From Octopus vulgaris (taxonomy: Eukaryota), in contig OX597815.1 in NCBI GenBank assembly GCA_951406725.2, positions 165,044,001 to 165,108,000 of the forward strand: a DNA stretch of 64,000 bases, in the 5' to 3' direction. The notes below the pieces were generated by a model. The model had not been told where the DNA came from, made no database searches, and saw only the letters and a list, made by a program, of their open reading frames with translations. Positions 1 through 14,435 of this stretch are shown here, piece after piece. Within the stretch, counting starts at the first letter, position 1. Each line of letters begins with the position of its first letter. The translations under genes and the position numbers were made by a program.

Positions 1-356
1 TGGGAAAAAGAAAAGTAAAATTGACCTCAGCAGAACCTAAAAGTATATAACTAAATACTCAGGATTTATATAAATAAGTGCCTGAGTATTTATATAAACT
101 AGCTGGACCCATGAAAAATTCACGGAAAACATAAAAAATGTAAGCATCTGTAAATTACGTGCGGGTGCCATGAGAAATATTTCTATATTGTGACAGTTAC
201 AGAATATAGAAAAAAGTGTAAAACTGATAACTATATAATCCAACCAAAATATCTCAGTTACGCAAAGGTAAACAGAATTACTATTTAGCCTTAAAATACA
301 TCGTACATATTCAAAGAATCTTCTTGGTTTAGTGGTATGGAACGTTCTTCTGGTAT

Positions 357-684
357 TCTTTTATTCTTTTACTTGTTTCAGTCATTTTACAGTAGCCATA
401 CTGGAGCGTCACCCTCTAATTGAAGAAATTGACCCCTGGACTTATTCCCTGTAAGCCTGGTGCTTATTCTATCAACCTCTTCTGCTGAATAGCTAAGTTA
501 CGGAGATGCAAACACACCACCATTGGTTGTCAAGCAATGGTGGTGGTGGTGGTGATGGTGGTGGGGACAAACACAGACACAGACACACACACACACACAC
601 ATATGATGGGCTTCTTTCAGTTTCCATCTACCAAATTCACTCATGTAGCTTTGACTGGCCCAAGGCTATGGTAGAAGATGCTCT
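357..684 (-). mobile_element. tRNA-derived SINE (family A), head truncated
   Basis: Matches the recurring unit ttttacttgtttcagtcat...gctaagttacgg...(CA)n...gggcttctttcagtttccatctaccaaat...tagaaga seen many times in the window. Confidence 0.8.
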
Positions 685-1199
685 TTAAAGTAGAGTTGAA
701 TTTTATGTAGCCACCCATTGGCAACTTTTCTTCCCCACCCATTTTATAGGGGGGTATTACCCATTTTTCTGGGCTCTTTTCACAGTTATACCCCGTTCGA
801 AATCTACATTAGTTTTTGCATGAAAAAAAAGGAAGGGTGGTGGGCTTGTTTGTAGCTTGTAGGGAAAATGTTAAATGTGCCTGCAAAAAAAAAACATGGT
901 CTTTCCCCACAACTAAAAGACATGAAGAACTATGAAAAAAGGCGAATAAGTACTGGAGGTGGGGGGAAAGAAGAGAGAGCTAACACTCAGTCATTCTAGA
1001 ACTCCCAAAATAAAAACATAAACAGCTGAAAGACTTTCCCTCTGTTCATTACTAAATGTCTTTCCCTCCTCCTCATTGTTAAAAGTAAAGAATCTAGAAA
1101 AGATCAATCGTATTTCAGTCAAGTTGACATTGTAAATGACTGATGCTTTCCTTTCTCTGTCTCTACCACTTCACTCCTTTTTTCTACGGTTAAGAGAGT

Positions 1200-1521
1200 G
1201 AAGGTGTGTGGCTCAGTGGTTAGGGGTATTCGGCCCACGATTGTAAAGTCATGAGTACAATTCCCTGCAGCATGCTGTGTTCTTGAGCAAGGTACTCTAC
1301 TTCCTCTGGCTGTAGTCTACTCAGCTGGCAAAAACTAGTTGTAGCTGTAATTCAAAGGGGCTAGCCTTGTCACGTTCTGTGTGAGGCTGAATCTCCCAGA
1401 GAGCTAGCTTATGGTATGCATGTCTGTGGAGTACTCAGCTACTTGTGTGTTAATTTTATGAGCAGACTGTTCCATTGATCAGATAAACAGGAACCTTGTT
1501 ATCATAACCAACAGAGTGCCA
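1200..1521 (+). mobile_element. tRNA-derived SINE (separate family); partial second copy at ~1840-1995
   Basis: A-box-like tggctcagtggttag head, then cttgagcaag and ctcagctggcaaaa body shared with 1850-1990, ~50805-50930 and ~54385-54640. Confidence 0.65.
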
Positions 1522-2469
1522 TTTTTTAAAAAGAGTGAAAGGAAAGGAAATGTTCTATATCGCAAGGCAAAGCTGTTATGTGTTTAGTATAAGCAGCAAA
1601 AGCAAAGATGAAATAATTGCTATTCCATCGTGTGTTCACCCTTGACTCATGCTCAGTTTCATAACAATAGCCTGCTCATTGGTGTTTATCTGGAGGCTTG
1701 GCATCGAGATCTGTGAGAGCCACAAATACTGCTGTTAGGACCAGATTAACACCCATAGGGACCCTAACGACTAAAAAGATTTTCCTGCTCCTATATAAGA
1801 TCTTTTTTCATTTTCTTCCAACCACTTGATAGTTTATCTTACGCCATTCCACTCAGCTGGCCAAAATGAGTTGTAGCTGCAATTCAAAGGGGCCCACCTT
1901 GTCAAATTCTGTGTGAGGCTGAATCTCCCTGAGAACTACATTAATGGCTTGCATGTCTGTGGAGTACTCAGCCATTTGCAAGTTAATTTTATCCTCGTGT
2001 GGTAATGAAAAGTCAAAGTGACATCCAATATTTGTTGTAGTTATCTATGACTTAACAATGTGTCTATGTATCTATGTATCAACTTTTCTTTTGATCTGTG
2101 TATCTACTATCTCCCTGTCTCTTTCACTTCCTCTGTGTCCCTCCTCTCTCCCACTTTTAATTTAACAATGTGTGTATGTATCTATGTATCTATTTTTCTT
2201 GCGATGTGATAAACATTTAAAAACACAAAATGAACACCATCACCACTCACTGTCTCTCTCACTCTCCTGCTTTGCCACTCACTTCTTCCTTTGAGATAAG
2301 TGTGACACACACCACAGGTACAGACGTACAAAAACAGCAAGTTGGCATATTAATATTGTTGATACTCAGTGATTCCCATGTAATTAATATGTTCAATTCA
2401 TATATCATAAGTCATAAATAGATTTGATTGTTCTTTGGATAAAGAAAATAATGATTTTTCATGTTAGAC

Positions 2470-2909
2470 AAGTGGTTCTCAGTCATCTTTTACCCCTTTG
2501 GCTCTTTATTTGCAAACACATATCCAGTTTTATTTTACTTGGAAACAGGTGAAGGTTGGCAAAAGATATAATATCTGGCCTTGGAAAATCAGCAACAAGT
2601 TGAGCATTTGATTATAAAAAATCTGCCTTCACAAATATTGTATCATCAATGTGAACATGGAAAAAGTGTATGTTAAAATAATGATGATGAATGTACAGAG
2701 AACCACATTTGACTCCTATTTTACTTTAATGGACTCCCATGTTAAAATCCTATTATATTTTTATAATTTGATATTAAGGATTGTATAAAAAAACTATTAA
2801 AATATTTTGTGTGTTGTAGAAGTATTGCCAATTTATTGCACATAAATTTTAACAACAAAATTTTAAATAGACCTCTAAGGGTTGTGTGGGCTCCAGTTGA
2901 GAACCATTG
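2470..2909. mobile_element. hAT (Charlie-like) MITE
   Basis: Termini aagtggttctcag / gttgagaaccattg flanked by an identical 8-bp TSD tgttagac (2462-2469, 2910-2917). Confidence 0.8.
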
Positions 2910-4212
2910 TGTTAGACAATTAATTCAATACTCTGCCATTTCTACTATGCCATAGCACTCCTCACTGTGAGCCAATGTGGTCATTTGACCTGTTAGAAAT
3001 AGAAGCCAGATGCTCACAAATCATACCTTACTGACTTAAAAAAGAAAATGTGTTTCTCTGTATATTCATCATCATTATTTTAACATCTACTTTTTCCATG
3101 TTTACATTTATCATACTATATTCGTGGAGGCAGATTTTTTTATAATCAAATGCCCAACTTTTTCCTGATTATCCAAGGCCAGATATTCTATCTGTTGCCA
3201 ACCTTCACCTGTTTCCAAGCGAAATAAAACCGAACATGTGTTTGCAAATAAAGATTGCAAAGAAACAACACTGCCTGAATGATGGTGACATTTATTTATT
3301 CGTTTACAGTTAACAGGCAGCATTAAGAACAGAGACACAAAGACATACATGTACATGCACACAAATATGGTGAGTGTGGCTCTGTGGGAGCTATATGATA
3401 TTGTACAAGTACTCATCTCCAAATGCACAGCTTCTTATAGTAGAAACAGCTACAAGCTATTGAAGTCAATAACATAATTTCTGATCTCTTGTCATTCAAT
3501 AATTAATATTACTCTCTTTTGTTCAGCGGTGTAGTGGCACATGTGCTTTGCTCAGACAATTTTTTTCCTTCGCCTTCTCTTTGGACATTTTTCCTTTTTC
3601 TACTTTCTGATAAAGATCCATGCTTGAAAAGTTACACCTCCTCTTTTTCCCATCTTAAATTTTCTCTGAGCATCAATCTGATTTATCTACTGTGTATGTC
3701 CTTTTGACTTTTTTTGTTTGTTCTCCTATTTTTGCTTTTGATCTTGATTTGCCTACACATGCATGCATACACACACACACACACACACATGCACACAACA
3801 TAAGCTTCTTTCAATTTCTCTCAAACCTACTCACAAGGCCTTGGTTGGCCTGAGACTATAAAAGAAGACAGTTTGCCTAAGGGTGCTCTGCTATGAGGTC
3901 GAACCCCTAAAGTATGTATTTGGAAAGCAAAATCCTTAATCTCACACCCATGCCTGCACCTATTATAGCTTTTATTTGCTTCAGTCATGGGACTGTGGCC
4001 ATGCTGGTGCACTACTTTGAGGGTTTTAGTCAAACAAATCAACACCAGTTGTTACTTTTTTAAGTCTGGTGTTTGTTCTGTTGGTCTCTTTTGCTGAACC
4101 GCTAAGTTATGGAGATGTTGATAGATAAAGACAAGCTGCCAAGCAGTGTGGAGATAGACAGACACACACAGACACACAGCCACAGACAGATAATCAAACA
4201 CACGCACACACA

Positions 4213-4252
<40 letters not shown>

Positions 4253-4715
4253 TACAACAGGCTTCTTTTAGTTCTTGTCTGCCAAATCCACTAACAAGGC
4301 TTTGGTCGGCACAAGGCCATATAAGAAGACACTTGCCCGAGGTGCCACATACTGAAATGGAAACTAAATCCATATTACTGGGAAACAAACTTCTTACTAC
4401 ACAATAAAAAAAAGCATTTGACCATAGAACTGTTTGGTCCTGGATGGACGGCCCTACAGCTAAACAACAACAATGATAATAACAACAGTAATAACAACTA
4501 AAACAACAGTCATAATGATAGCAATAATAATAAGATACAATTTTATTTAACAACATAATATTACACATTTAAATTATATATTTACGGTTACATGTGTATA
4601 CACACAGTGGATAATGTCAATGCTTTTACACAGACATATCAACATAGTTGTTAAATATCAACATACATAGCTGCTGCGTGTATGCATGTATGTGACTGAA
4701 AGAGCATTGCATACA

Positions 4716-4716
<1 letters not shown>

Positions 4717-4792
<76 letters not shown>

Positions 4793-4805
4793 CATATGTA
4801 TATAT

Positions 4806-4836
<31 letters not shown>

Positions 4837-5035
4837 TATAAGTATATGTATATATGTATATATATATGTATATGTATACATATGTATATATGTATATGCA
4901 TATATATATATATATATATATATGTATATGTATATAATATATATATATATATCTATATATACATACACATATAAATGTATATATATGTGTGTGTGTTTAT
5001 ATATATATATGTTTATATATGTGTATATATATATC

Positions 5036-5088
<53 letters not shown>

Positions 5089-5200
5089 GTACATATATAT
5101 ACATGCATATATATAAATACATATGTACATATATATGTACATACATACATACATACATATACACACACATACACATGCATGCACATGCATATATAAGTTT
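4717..5200. repeat. (TA)n / (TATG)n / (CA)n compound microsatellite, representative of dozens in the window
   Basis: Direct reading; source of the YIYIYI-type spurious ORFs. Confidence 0.95.
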
Positions 5201-5390
5201 AATGGTAACACATTGGTATATGCAATTATGCAAAATAGCACTCAATACCTTCCTGTAGAATGGGATAAATTATATTCTGAGCTCAGTTTCCCACAAATTG
5301 CTATTGGGGTTTCATGCTCCTAATACTCACTCACATGTGAAGCTGTGTGGCTCAGTGAATAGCAACATGTGAAAAATTCAACCCTGGAAA

Positions 5391-5421
<31 letters not shown>

Positions 5422-5495
5422 TGTATGTATGTATGTATGTATGTATGTATGTATGTATGTGTATATGTGTATGCATGTATGTGTGTAGTATGTGG

Positions 5496-5546
<51 letters not shown>

Positions 5547-5658
5547 TGTATATATATATTATATATGTGTGTGTATATATACACACACGGACACACATAT
5601 GTATATATTTATGTGTTGTATGTGTGTATTAATATGTAATACATATATATGCTTATAC

Positions 5659-5714
<56 letters not shown>

Positions 5715-5738
5715 TATATGTGTGTGTAGATATAATGC

Positions 5739-5769
<31 letters not shown>

Positions 5770-6661
5770 TATATATTTATACATATATAAATACACAAAC
5801 ATGTATATATATACATGTAAATATACCTCCATATAATTAAATTTATATATAAATGAGTGTGTGTATGTTATAAATATGTTTTTCTACAATGATAGTGTCT
5901 GGATTCAGGCTTGTATATCATAATAATAATAATAGTCACATAGTGGTTAGATTATATAGAAACATGACTAGAAATATTAACTAACTTTTCCGAGCTCAAG
6001 CTTAATGAGTCTTGAAACTGCAGATAACAACGACCCGTATTATTGTCAACACTGTCAGAAACACATAGTATAGTACTATGTTTGTTAGCAGGTAGTTAGG
6101 TAGTTGTAGGTAGTATTGTGTTACAAGTAAACTATAGTAAAACATAATGACCCTGCTGCTGTGATTAGCAATATATTGCAAGAAGGAATGACATTGCTGT
6201 TCTAATTAATAATGTATTCTAGTGGTTTTTAATACAGAGTGTGGTGTGGAATCATAATAGTTATTTATTCTAGTAATTTGAAAAATGTGTGTATTTGTAG
6301 AGATGTGTCAGAGAGAACGAGAAACAGAGAGTGAAAGAGAGAGAGACAATGATATATAATATATAACTATATATAATTGCAACATTAAATTTGAAGGGAA
6401 TTTAGATATTTCATTAAAATTGCATTACCTCAACAATAAACATGCAATATTATGTCAAAAATCCCACCATATGTATGTTTGTAAATTAATTTTATATAAT
6501 TTATACCTGATAAAATATAGCGCCTTTCTATTTCCCTTTTGATTATATATATATATATATATGTATATAACAAAGTAGGGAGACATATACACACACATAT
6601 ACACATATGTACATATATATTATATATACATATGCATATACATAGATACATGTACATATAC

Positions 6662-6712
<51 letters not shown>

Positions 6713-7426
6713 TAATATATATATGTATGTAGATGGTTGTGCATAATATATATATATATTAAGCATATATCAGTGTAGAATTGTACGTATGTATGTATGC
6801 ATGCAAATACATTTATATTAGCATTTATGAAATTTCATTAGATTTTATGAACACCACAGAAGGGGTATGGTTGGACATTTATTTTTTTAATCACTACAAT
6901 TGTTTCCATGCAAAGTAGTTCTCCAGGAGTGCAGGTGCTTGATTATGCAACTGTTTCCCTGCTATATGATATCTAGTTGTGTTTCCTCAGGCAACATGTA
7001 AGTATTCTCTCCATAAGTTTAAAATCCTCTGTCTGTCATAGCCTAAATTCAAACCACAGCAGATAGAAGGGATGTTCTTGAAGCCGAACATTCAACTGTA
7101 CCCCTTCTTGTTGACTCCAATATTTTCAGTTATATATTCACACACAACAGATGCCCAAATGCAAACCTGGAAGTATGTATAATACTACTACTGGGTAGCA
7201 CAGGGTGAAATCTGAAGGTGGATTAGCTTTGTACTATACTCTACTATGTTCTTAACAGAATATACCATAACTATATATATATATATATATTTGAAAGTCT
7301 ATGAGGAAAACTTAATATAGCTTTTGAAGAGTAAAGGTGATTTTTAAAAAAAATGTTACAAAATCTGTTACGAGGATGTTACTAACCTTTTTTGTGAAGA
7401 AAACACACTATATATATATTATATAC

Positions 7427-7472
<46 letters not shown>

Positions 7473-8358
7473 CACATAGGTGTAGTGCATATGTGTATAT
7501 ATTTATATGTGTTTGCGTATTTATGGTCAACTCCATATCTACAAATCCTGACTGAAGATATATTCACTGTTTGAAATCTTTCTGGGAACCTCACTAAATT
7601 TATCACCTCATGGCTATTTGTAGGACGTATATCCTTCAAATAGCCATGTGTGTAAGAAATGAGCTAGCTAAAAGTTGTGTAAAAGGGAACTAAAATTAAC
7701 TTCATTTCACAAATGCCTTGATGAGATATTTTTATTATTGATGAAAATATTATACTCAAATTTTTAGTTCTGGCTCTTTTTATTGCTATGTTTATTATAA
7801 CATGTTGTAAATAACAGTTGTATATTTAACTCCAGACATATGTACTAATAGAATTTTGTTGGACTTAAGTGCAATTATGTATGAATATCAATGTACATAG
7901 ATGAACTTTTGTAAGCAATAAAGCAATACTGCAGACAGGTTTCCATCTGTATATGTACATTATATATAAGTACAAATATATATATGTATATGTATATATA
8001 TATATAAATATATATATATATGTTTGTACATGAACACACACATATGTATATTCACACACACACACACAAACACACATATATATATATGTATACACACATA
8101 TACATACACAAATATATATATATATATATACACACATAGATATATACATGTATATATACATATATACAAGTAGCATCTTGCCAAACTGTTGTTACAGACA
8201 TATACACATTTATATTTTTGTGTGTCTGTATATATATACACGTGTGTGTATGTATGCATGCATATATATATATATATATATATATATCAGTATACATACA
8301 TACATATATGCACACATACATATATACATGTATATACACACACACATATATTCATGAA

Positions 8359-8429
<71 letters not shown>

Positions 8430-9703
8430 ATGTATATATATATCCACAGACACACATACATACATATATGCAAGTACGTTTATGTATGTACATTTAAGAA
8501 GTTTTGTTATATTGTATGTATACCATATAATAAATTTTAGCTTTATCATTATTATTCTTCTGTGTATTATTATTGTTTAAGAACATTTTCAAAATTACAT
8601 ACCATGATACATGAAATAGTCAACAACAGATATATTTAATTTTTTTCTTCATTTGATGGTGGTGGTGGTGGAGAGGAGTGGATAGCATAGATAATGTATG
8701 ACATGCTCTGTATCCATTATACAGAATGTTTCTTCTGGGTTGGGAAAGAATAAAATAAATGATGGGAAATTTTTTTTTTTTTTTTTAGAATTGAGACATG
8801 ATTTTTCAGATAATATTTCTAAAAAGAAAATCGAAAGTAAGAAATAATACATTATTTTTGACAAATAACATGGATAAATGTGAAATTCTAAAATATGTAC
8901 ATAACAGAATTTAAATTTTATGATTCCTGTCTTGCTTTTGCTTTTACAAACAAGCAATAAGTTGTTTATGCATATGTATATATGTATATATATGCACACA
9001 CAGAGACATATATATATATATATATTAAAGAGTATTTCTTCATTTCCTTTACATTTTATTTTATTTTATGTTATTTATTTTTAAGTTATCAGCAATACGA
9101 AGACTTTGTTTTTTTTTTTGTTTGACTCCAAGAGATATCAGGCATAGGCTTCTATCTTCAATGCCTTGCACGACTACAAGACAGCCGCTTATTATAAAAC
9201 AGCGATGCAAAAATAAAACTTCTTGCATTGAATGGAATTGAGAATGTTTGGAGGTGAGATGTGAGTGAGATTCTGGAGATGTTTGAGAATGTCTCAAGAT
9301 ATTTTAAAAATTTTGTTGCTTTTTTTAATTTGGAGGAGTGAGGGTGGGTGGAGGGAGGGAGGGACGTAAAGCAGAATAAATGCTGTTTATCACCTATTGT
9401 CAAAATAAAAAATAAAAAAAATATCCCCCCCCCCCCAAATGTCGAAACATCAGTTTGTCAAGATGCTGTTTATCTTGATAACATCACACTGCTTTTCTGT
9501 GTTCATGCGAATAAACATTACAAAATGTAAATCAATTAACATCAAAACCAACCAACCAGCCAACCAACCAACCAACCAACCAATCAACCAGCAAACCAGC
9601 CAGTCAACCAACCAAACAATATTGAAACAATATTTAAAGAAATATCATGCAATATTTATTAAAAAATAAAGAGAAAATTATATAGAGATACATTTTGAAT
9701 TGA

Positions 9704-9905
9704 AATATTGATTTTAAATTTTGGCTCAAGGCCAGCAAGTTCAGGGGAGAGGGCTAGTCGATTGTATCGACCCCAGTGTTTCACTGGTACTTATTTTATC
9801 AACCCTGAAAGGATGAAAGGTAAAGTCGACCTTGGCAGCATAAAGATGGACGAAATGCCGCAAAGCATTTGGCCTGGCATGCTGATGATTCTGCCAGCTT
9901 GCCGT
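9704..9905 (-). mobile_element. SINE family B (MetaSINE-like central domain); further copies at ~10060-10263, 10760-10960, 15410-15615, 25730-25948, 31880-32097, 54726-54940, 56280-56490
   Basis: Shared core actggtacttattttatc...ccctgaaaggatgaaaggcaaagtcgacct...gaatttgaactcagaa; superfamily assignment from recall. Confidence 0.75.
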
Positions 9906-10359
9906 TATTTTTTTAAAAATTGAAATATTAAGGGTATGTATAATACACAAAATGTAATTTAGTAAAAACACTTTGTTGTTTGTTATCTTTTTGTATTTGT
10001 AATGTATTTTTCATATTTTTTTTTTTTAGCTATAATTTTTCAACCATTAAAAAATAATCTTTTCAACTATAGACACAAGGCCTGAAATTTTGGGACAGGG
10101 AGCTAGTCGATTACATTGGCCCCAGTACTTGACTGGTACTTATTTTTATCAATCCTGAAAGGCAAAGTCAACCTCAACAGAATTTGAACTCAGAATGTAA
10201 AGCCAAAAGAAATGCCACAAAGCATTTTGACTGGTGTACTAACTATTTGGCCAGCTTGCCACCATCAACAATTAAAAAAAATAAATAATTAAACAGTGTT
10301 TTGCCCTAAAGTAGTCATTATTTCAAAATATCCAGGACCATTTTTTATTAGCTAAAATT

Positions 10360-10596
10360 TTAACTCTTCTCATACCAACTCACCAGAGACTGCTTTTGGT
10401 TCTATAATATAAACTTCTTGTTTTTAAGTGATTTAAAAAAAAACACAAAAAAACTATTAAAATTTCATGTTAAACTATGTTCCAAACATCAGATTGGTTA
10501 TGACAATGTTATGTTACAAAAATTCTTTATTATTTTCAACATTAAATGAAACAAAGGCAGTGTGTTTCAACAGAAATATGGTAACAAAAAGGTTAA
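10360..10596. mobile_element. TTAA-flanked MITE (piggyBac-like)
   Basis: ttaactctt...aaaaggttaa termini with degenerate TIRs. Confidence 0.5.
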
Positions 10597-10703
10597 GAAT
10601 AAATCTATTCTTCTTATTATTCTTATTCATTTTTGCATTTTAATGAGTAACAGTTTTAATGGAGGTAATTTTTGTTTCCTTTGATAATTTCCATACATAT
10701 ATT

Positions 10704-10747
<44 letters not shown>

Positions 10748-11287
10748 TGATGATGATGATCTTAAATTTTTGGCACGAGGCCAGCAATTTTGGGGGGAGG
10801 GGATAAATCAATCACGTCAACCCCAGTGTTCAACTTGTTTTTATCTTATTGACCTTAAAAGATGAAAGGCAAGGTTGACATTGGTGGAATTTGAACTCAG
10901 AATGTAAAGACAGACAAAATGCGTAGCAGCATTTTGTTCAGTGTGCTATCAACCTTGCCATTTTGATGATGATTAAGATGATGATGATAATGATGATGAT
11001 AATGATGATGATAATAAATATTTAACCAATTGGAATTTCTTATACATCATATTGTTAAATATTGTAACAAGTTCTGCAAAGACTAAGATTTATTTGTTGT
11101 AACAAGGCTAGAGTGATAATTTGTAAATTAGCATATTTTATACCAAGTTAAGGAAGATTTATGAGAGGACCCATTAGATATGACACATTATAGACACATA
11201 CACATATATGAACAATCATCCTTTCTACCCTTGTTTTACTGTACTCACACCCATGTGTGTGTGTGTGTATATATATGTATATGTATG

Positions 11288-11326
<39 letters not shown>

Positions 11327-11398
11327 GTGTGTGTATATATATATATGTATATATATATATATGTATGCATATATATATGTATGTAATATATATGTATG

Positions 11399-11429
<31 letters not shown>

Positions 11430-11837
11430 GTATGTAATCATCAACGTATATCAATTATAATATATGCAAATATACCTCTTTAGAGTAATCCATTTTTTGC
11501 AGGAATTACATTTATATGAGAAAAATTTACATTTATGCAAATTTATTGTATATTGTGCGAGAGCTGCTCTGGAATGAAGTATGTGACAATGATTCTAATG
11601 CTAAAGATGATACTGAGCATGATGATGATGATGGTAACGATAATGGTGATGGTGATGATAAAGATTTACTTGATATTATTGTAATTTTTCAGCGATGCAA
11701 GTTGAGAAGAAAATATATTGCTTTGGCTGGCTCTAGTCAAATGCACTGAATAAAAAGACAAATCAATTTAAAATCAACCCAACTGTGTTATCATTGTTTG
11801 TATAAAATCAAATATATTTGATATTTCAAGTTTTGAT

Positions 11838-12342
11838 GTAGCCTTTTAGCATTTAAACCAGCCTTATCCAGCTCAAATATTCTTCCTGTTTTATGTTGGA
11901 ACCTATAGACCCCTTTGATTATTATTTTATTCTGGTGGACCCCATAGCCATTTAATGTTTAAAAACTAGCTCTATAGATATCCTTATTTCAAGTTGCTAT
12001 TTTGTTTTTTACATATTAACTTGTGAAGGTTGGACTATGTAAAATTTTAGAGAAAGAAACCTTGCTGTTTCTTGCAATACATACCAATACATACATCTAA
12101 AGCAAAATTTTTTTAGAGGCCCTTAAAATGCTATTGCAGATCCCAATTTACTGTTTTGTTGCATGGACCCCCAAAAATCTTATATGAATCACTGAGCTAG
12201 ATCCAGTCTCACACACCTACTCTACAATGTTATTTCGAAAATAAAAGGTCTTGAAGCTATGAGATAATGCAGGATTAATTCAAAACAATATGAATAAATA
12301 AGCATTACATTTGACAGAGTAATTTGAATGCTAGAAGGTTAA
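11838..12342. mobile_element. TTAA-type MITE interrupted by a nested ~290-bp repeat (~11902-12195)
   Basis: Both halves align with the uninterrupted copy at 27002-27215 (tttagcatttaaac...atccagctcaaatattct; gataatg...attaattcaaa...aataagcatta...aggttaa). Confidence 0.65.
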
Positions 12343-12899
12343 GTCTTGATACATTGATGGCAATTGTCCATGGGTCTCTGAAGATTAAATTGTAAAGAAG
12401 AATGGAGAAAACGATCACATACTAAAATATAAATCCAAAATTTAAAGAAATTAGTATAACCAGACAATATTCTGCGATATTGTTCCATTATTGATTTGGT
12501 TTTTGCTCAAAAATTTTACCATTGAGATACTGTCAATATCTCAATGGTTGTTAATTATAGATCAATTTTTTGATATTATTTTCCATTACTTCCTAACTTT
12601 ATATCAGGTATCTACTTGGAGTTTTAAGAATATATTGGATTGCTCTTTTGCTATTTAATCAATTTTGTTTTAAAATATTACATTTTTTTTTCAGTTCTAT
12701 AACTCCCATAAAAAAAAACCAACCCTTTATTGACCAACTTTGTATTGACACTCTAATGGTTCTGCCCATCCACAGTCCTTGCCAAATAATAATAATAGCA
12801 ACAAAAATTATCATTATTATCATCATCATCATCATGAGCAGCAACGGTAGCAATACCATCATTGTTTTCATCATCGTTAAAGTATATGTACTATTACAA

Positions 12900-13330
12900 T
12901 ATACCTAGGTACTTCTGTACCAATAAGTGACAATGTGAAAGTAAAACATGGAAGAAAACTGTAGAAGTCACCAAAATTAAAGGTGCTTGAGGAAAATCCT
13001 GAGAATTTTGTATCCTGATCATATCAGAAATGAAGAAATCTTACGAAGAATATCATTGTGACGTCTATGCAAATCAGTAACACAATATAAAGACTGTGAG
13101 ACAGGCTGATCATGTTCTGTGGCAGCCAGATTACTGATATGAAAACAAAAGGAAAAAAAAAAAAAATAAATAACATTGATATGGACAGTAGGAGGAAAAA
13201 AAAGGTAATAGGGAAAACCATGGGATATGTTGAAATGTTCAGGAGAATGAAGGCTGTCAATAGATAAAGGGGAAAATATTGAAGAGTATGCAACTAGTCA
13301 AGAATGCTGGAGGAGAGCTGCTGCCTGATG
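12900..13330 (+). pseudogene. Old RTE-type LINE RT C-terminal remnant
   Basis: Translates to RCLRKILRILYPDHIRNEEILRR at ~12980-13050; stops and frameshifts around it. Confidence 0.55.
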
Positions 13331-13562
13331 TACAAATACACGAGGTATGGTTTAGTAATTAATTAAGTATCAACTAGTATTATTATTTAGTGAAGGTTTT
13401 ACAAGGGTTAGCTTTTACTTTAAGTGTATATCCTCTTCCAACCTTACCCTTGGCTTTGTATAACATATTTGTTGTATCCAGCACTTAGTGATTACCCTGT
13501 TTAGCATTCATCATATATTATTGTATCTCTTTGAGAGCTTGTGGCTAATAAAGAAAATCTAC

Positions 13563-13593
<31 letters not shown>

Positions 13594-13618
13594 GTTATTA
13601 TTATTATTATTATTTATT

Positions 13619-13790
13619 GTCTTTGCACAGCTTCTAACACTGGAGATGTACTATGGTGCCAACTGTTAACTACCAGTGGACTAAGGTAATGTAACACCCC
13701 TTATTTTTCAAGCACCATCTGGAGTATTCGAGCAGTTCTAAGCAGTGCTGTTTTCTGCAAGTGGTCCACCCTTATTGCAGCCACTTTTAT
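13619..13790 (-). mobile_element. 3' end of R4/Dong-like (RLE) non-LTR retrotransposon in an (AAT)n tract
   Basis: Minus strand encodes VDHLQKTALLRTARILQMVLEK* (stop 13701-13703), the typical R4-clade C-terminus; flanked by (ATT)n on both sides. Confidence 0.7.
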
Positions 13791-13829
13791 TATTATCGTT
13801 ATTATTATTATTATTATTATGATTATTAT

Positions 13830-14355
13830 TGAGTGAGAGGGCAGTGCATACCATCAAAGTGATACTGGGGTACAAATATACGACTACCTGTCTGATAAAG
13901 TTACTCCAGGCACATGCATCACAACTATATGTGCGTGACATGGTGATCTCATATCAAGATAAATAACGCATGACCTTGTAGGTGGGGGTCCAGTCAGAAT
14001 TTTCTTCAAGTTGAGCAGCCCATCCCACTGAAAAGGTCCCTGAGTTAGAGTTGTTTAAGGATGTTGAATGAAACACCCATGGTTACAAAGGTGAATTATT
14101 CATACTCTACAAAATTCCTCTCGACATATGGCTATGATGCTCCCCCACTACTTCTGCTAGTGATCAGAGATGCACATATTGTCAGCCACTAAGGGACATG
14201 CTCAACTGGTTAAAGTCAAACAACTGACAAACAAATCTGTGGTATTGAGCAGAATATTTGCTGTAGCCCATCTTTTATACCAGGACAAGACATATACATG
14301 ATAACACTTCCAATCAGTTATGATCAGAAGCCATGAGAGCTAGTACCTGGTAGTG

Positions 14356-14357
<2 letters not shown>
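13830..14357. mobile_element. Unclassified ~530-bp insert within (ATT)n
   Basis: Complex sequence bounded on both sides by (ATT)n, next to the R4-like tail; no ORF recognised. Confidence 0.45.

Positions 14358-14435
<78 letters not shown>

Noticed and set aside
4626-8580. Many 60-150 aa ORFs of YIYI / VCVC / HTHT type here and throughout the window
   Set aside because: Translations of (TA)n, (CA)n and (CATA)n microsatellites that lack stop codons; no coding signal.
11502-11749. Possible plus-strand exons (ttttttgcag...gaa|gtatgt; ttttcag|cgatgc)
   Set aside because: Splice-like motifs only; peptides are not recognisable and cannot be linked to a gene.
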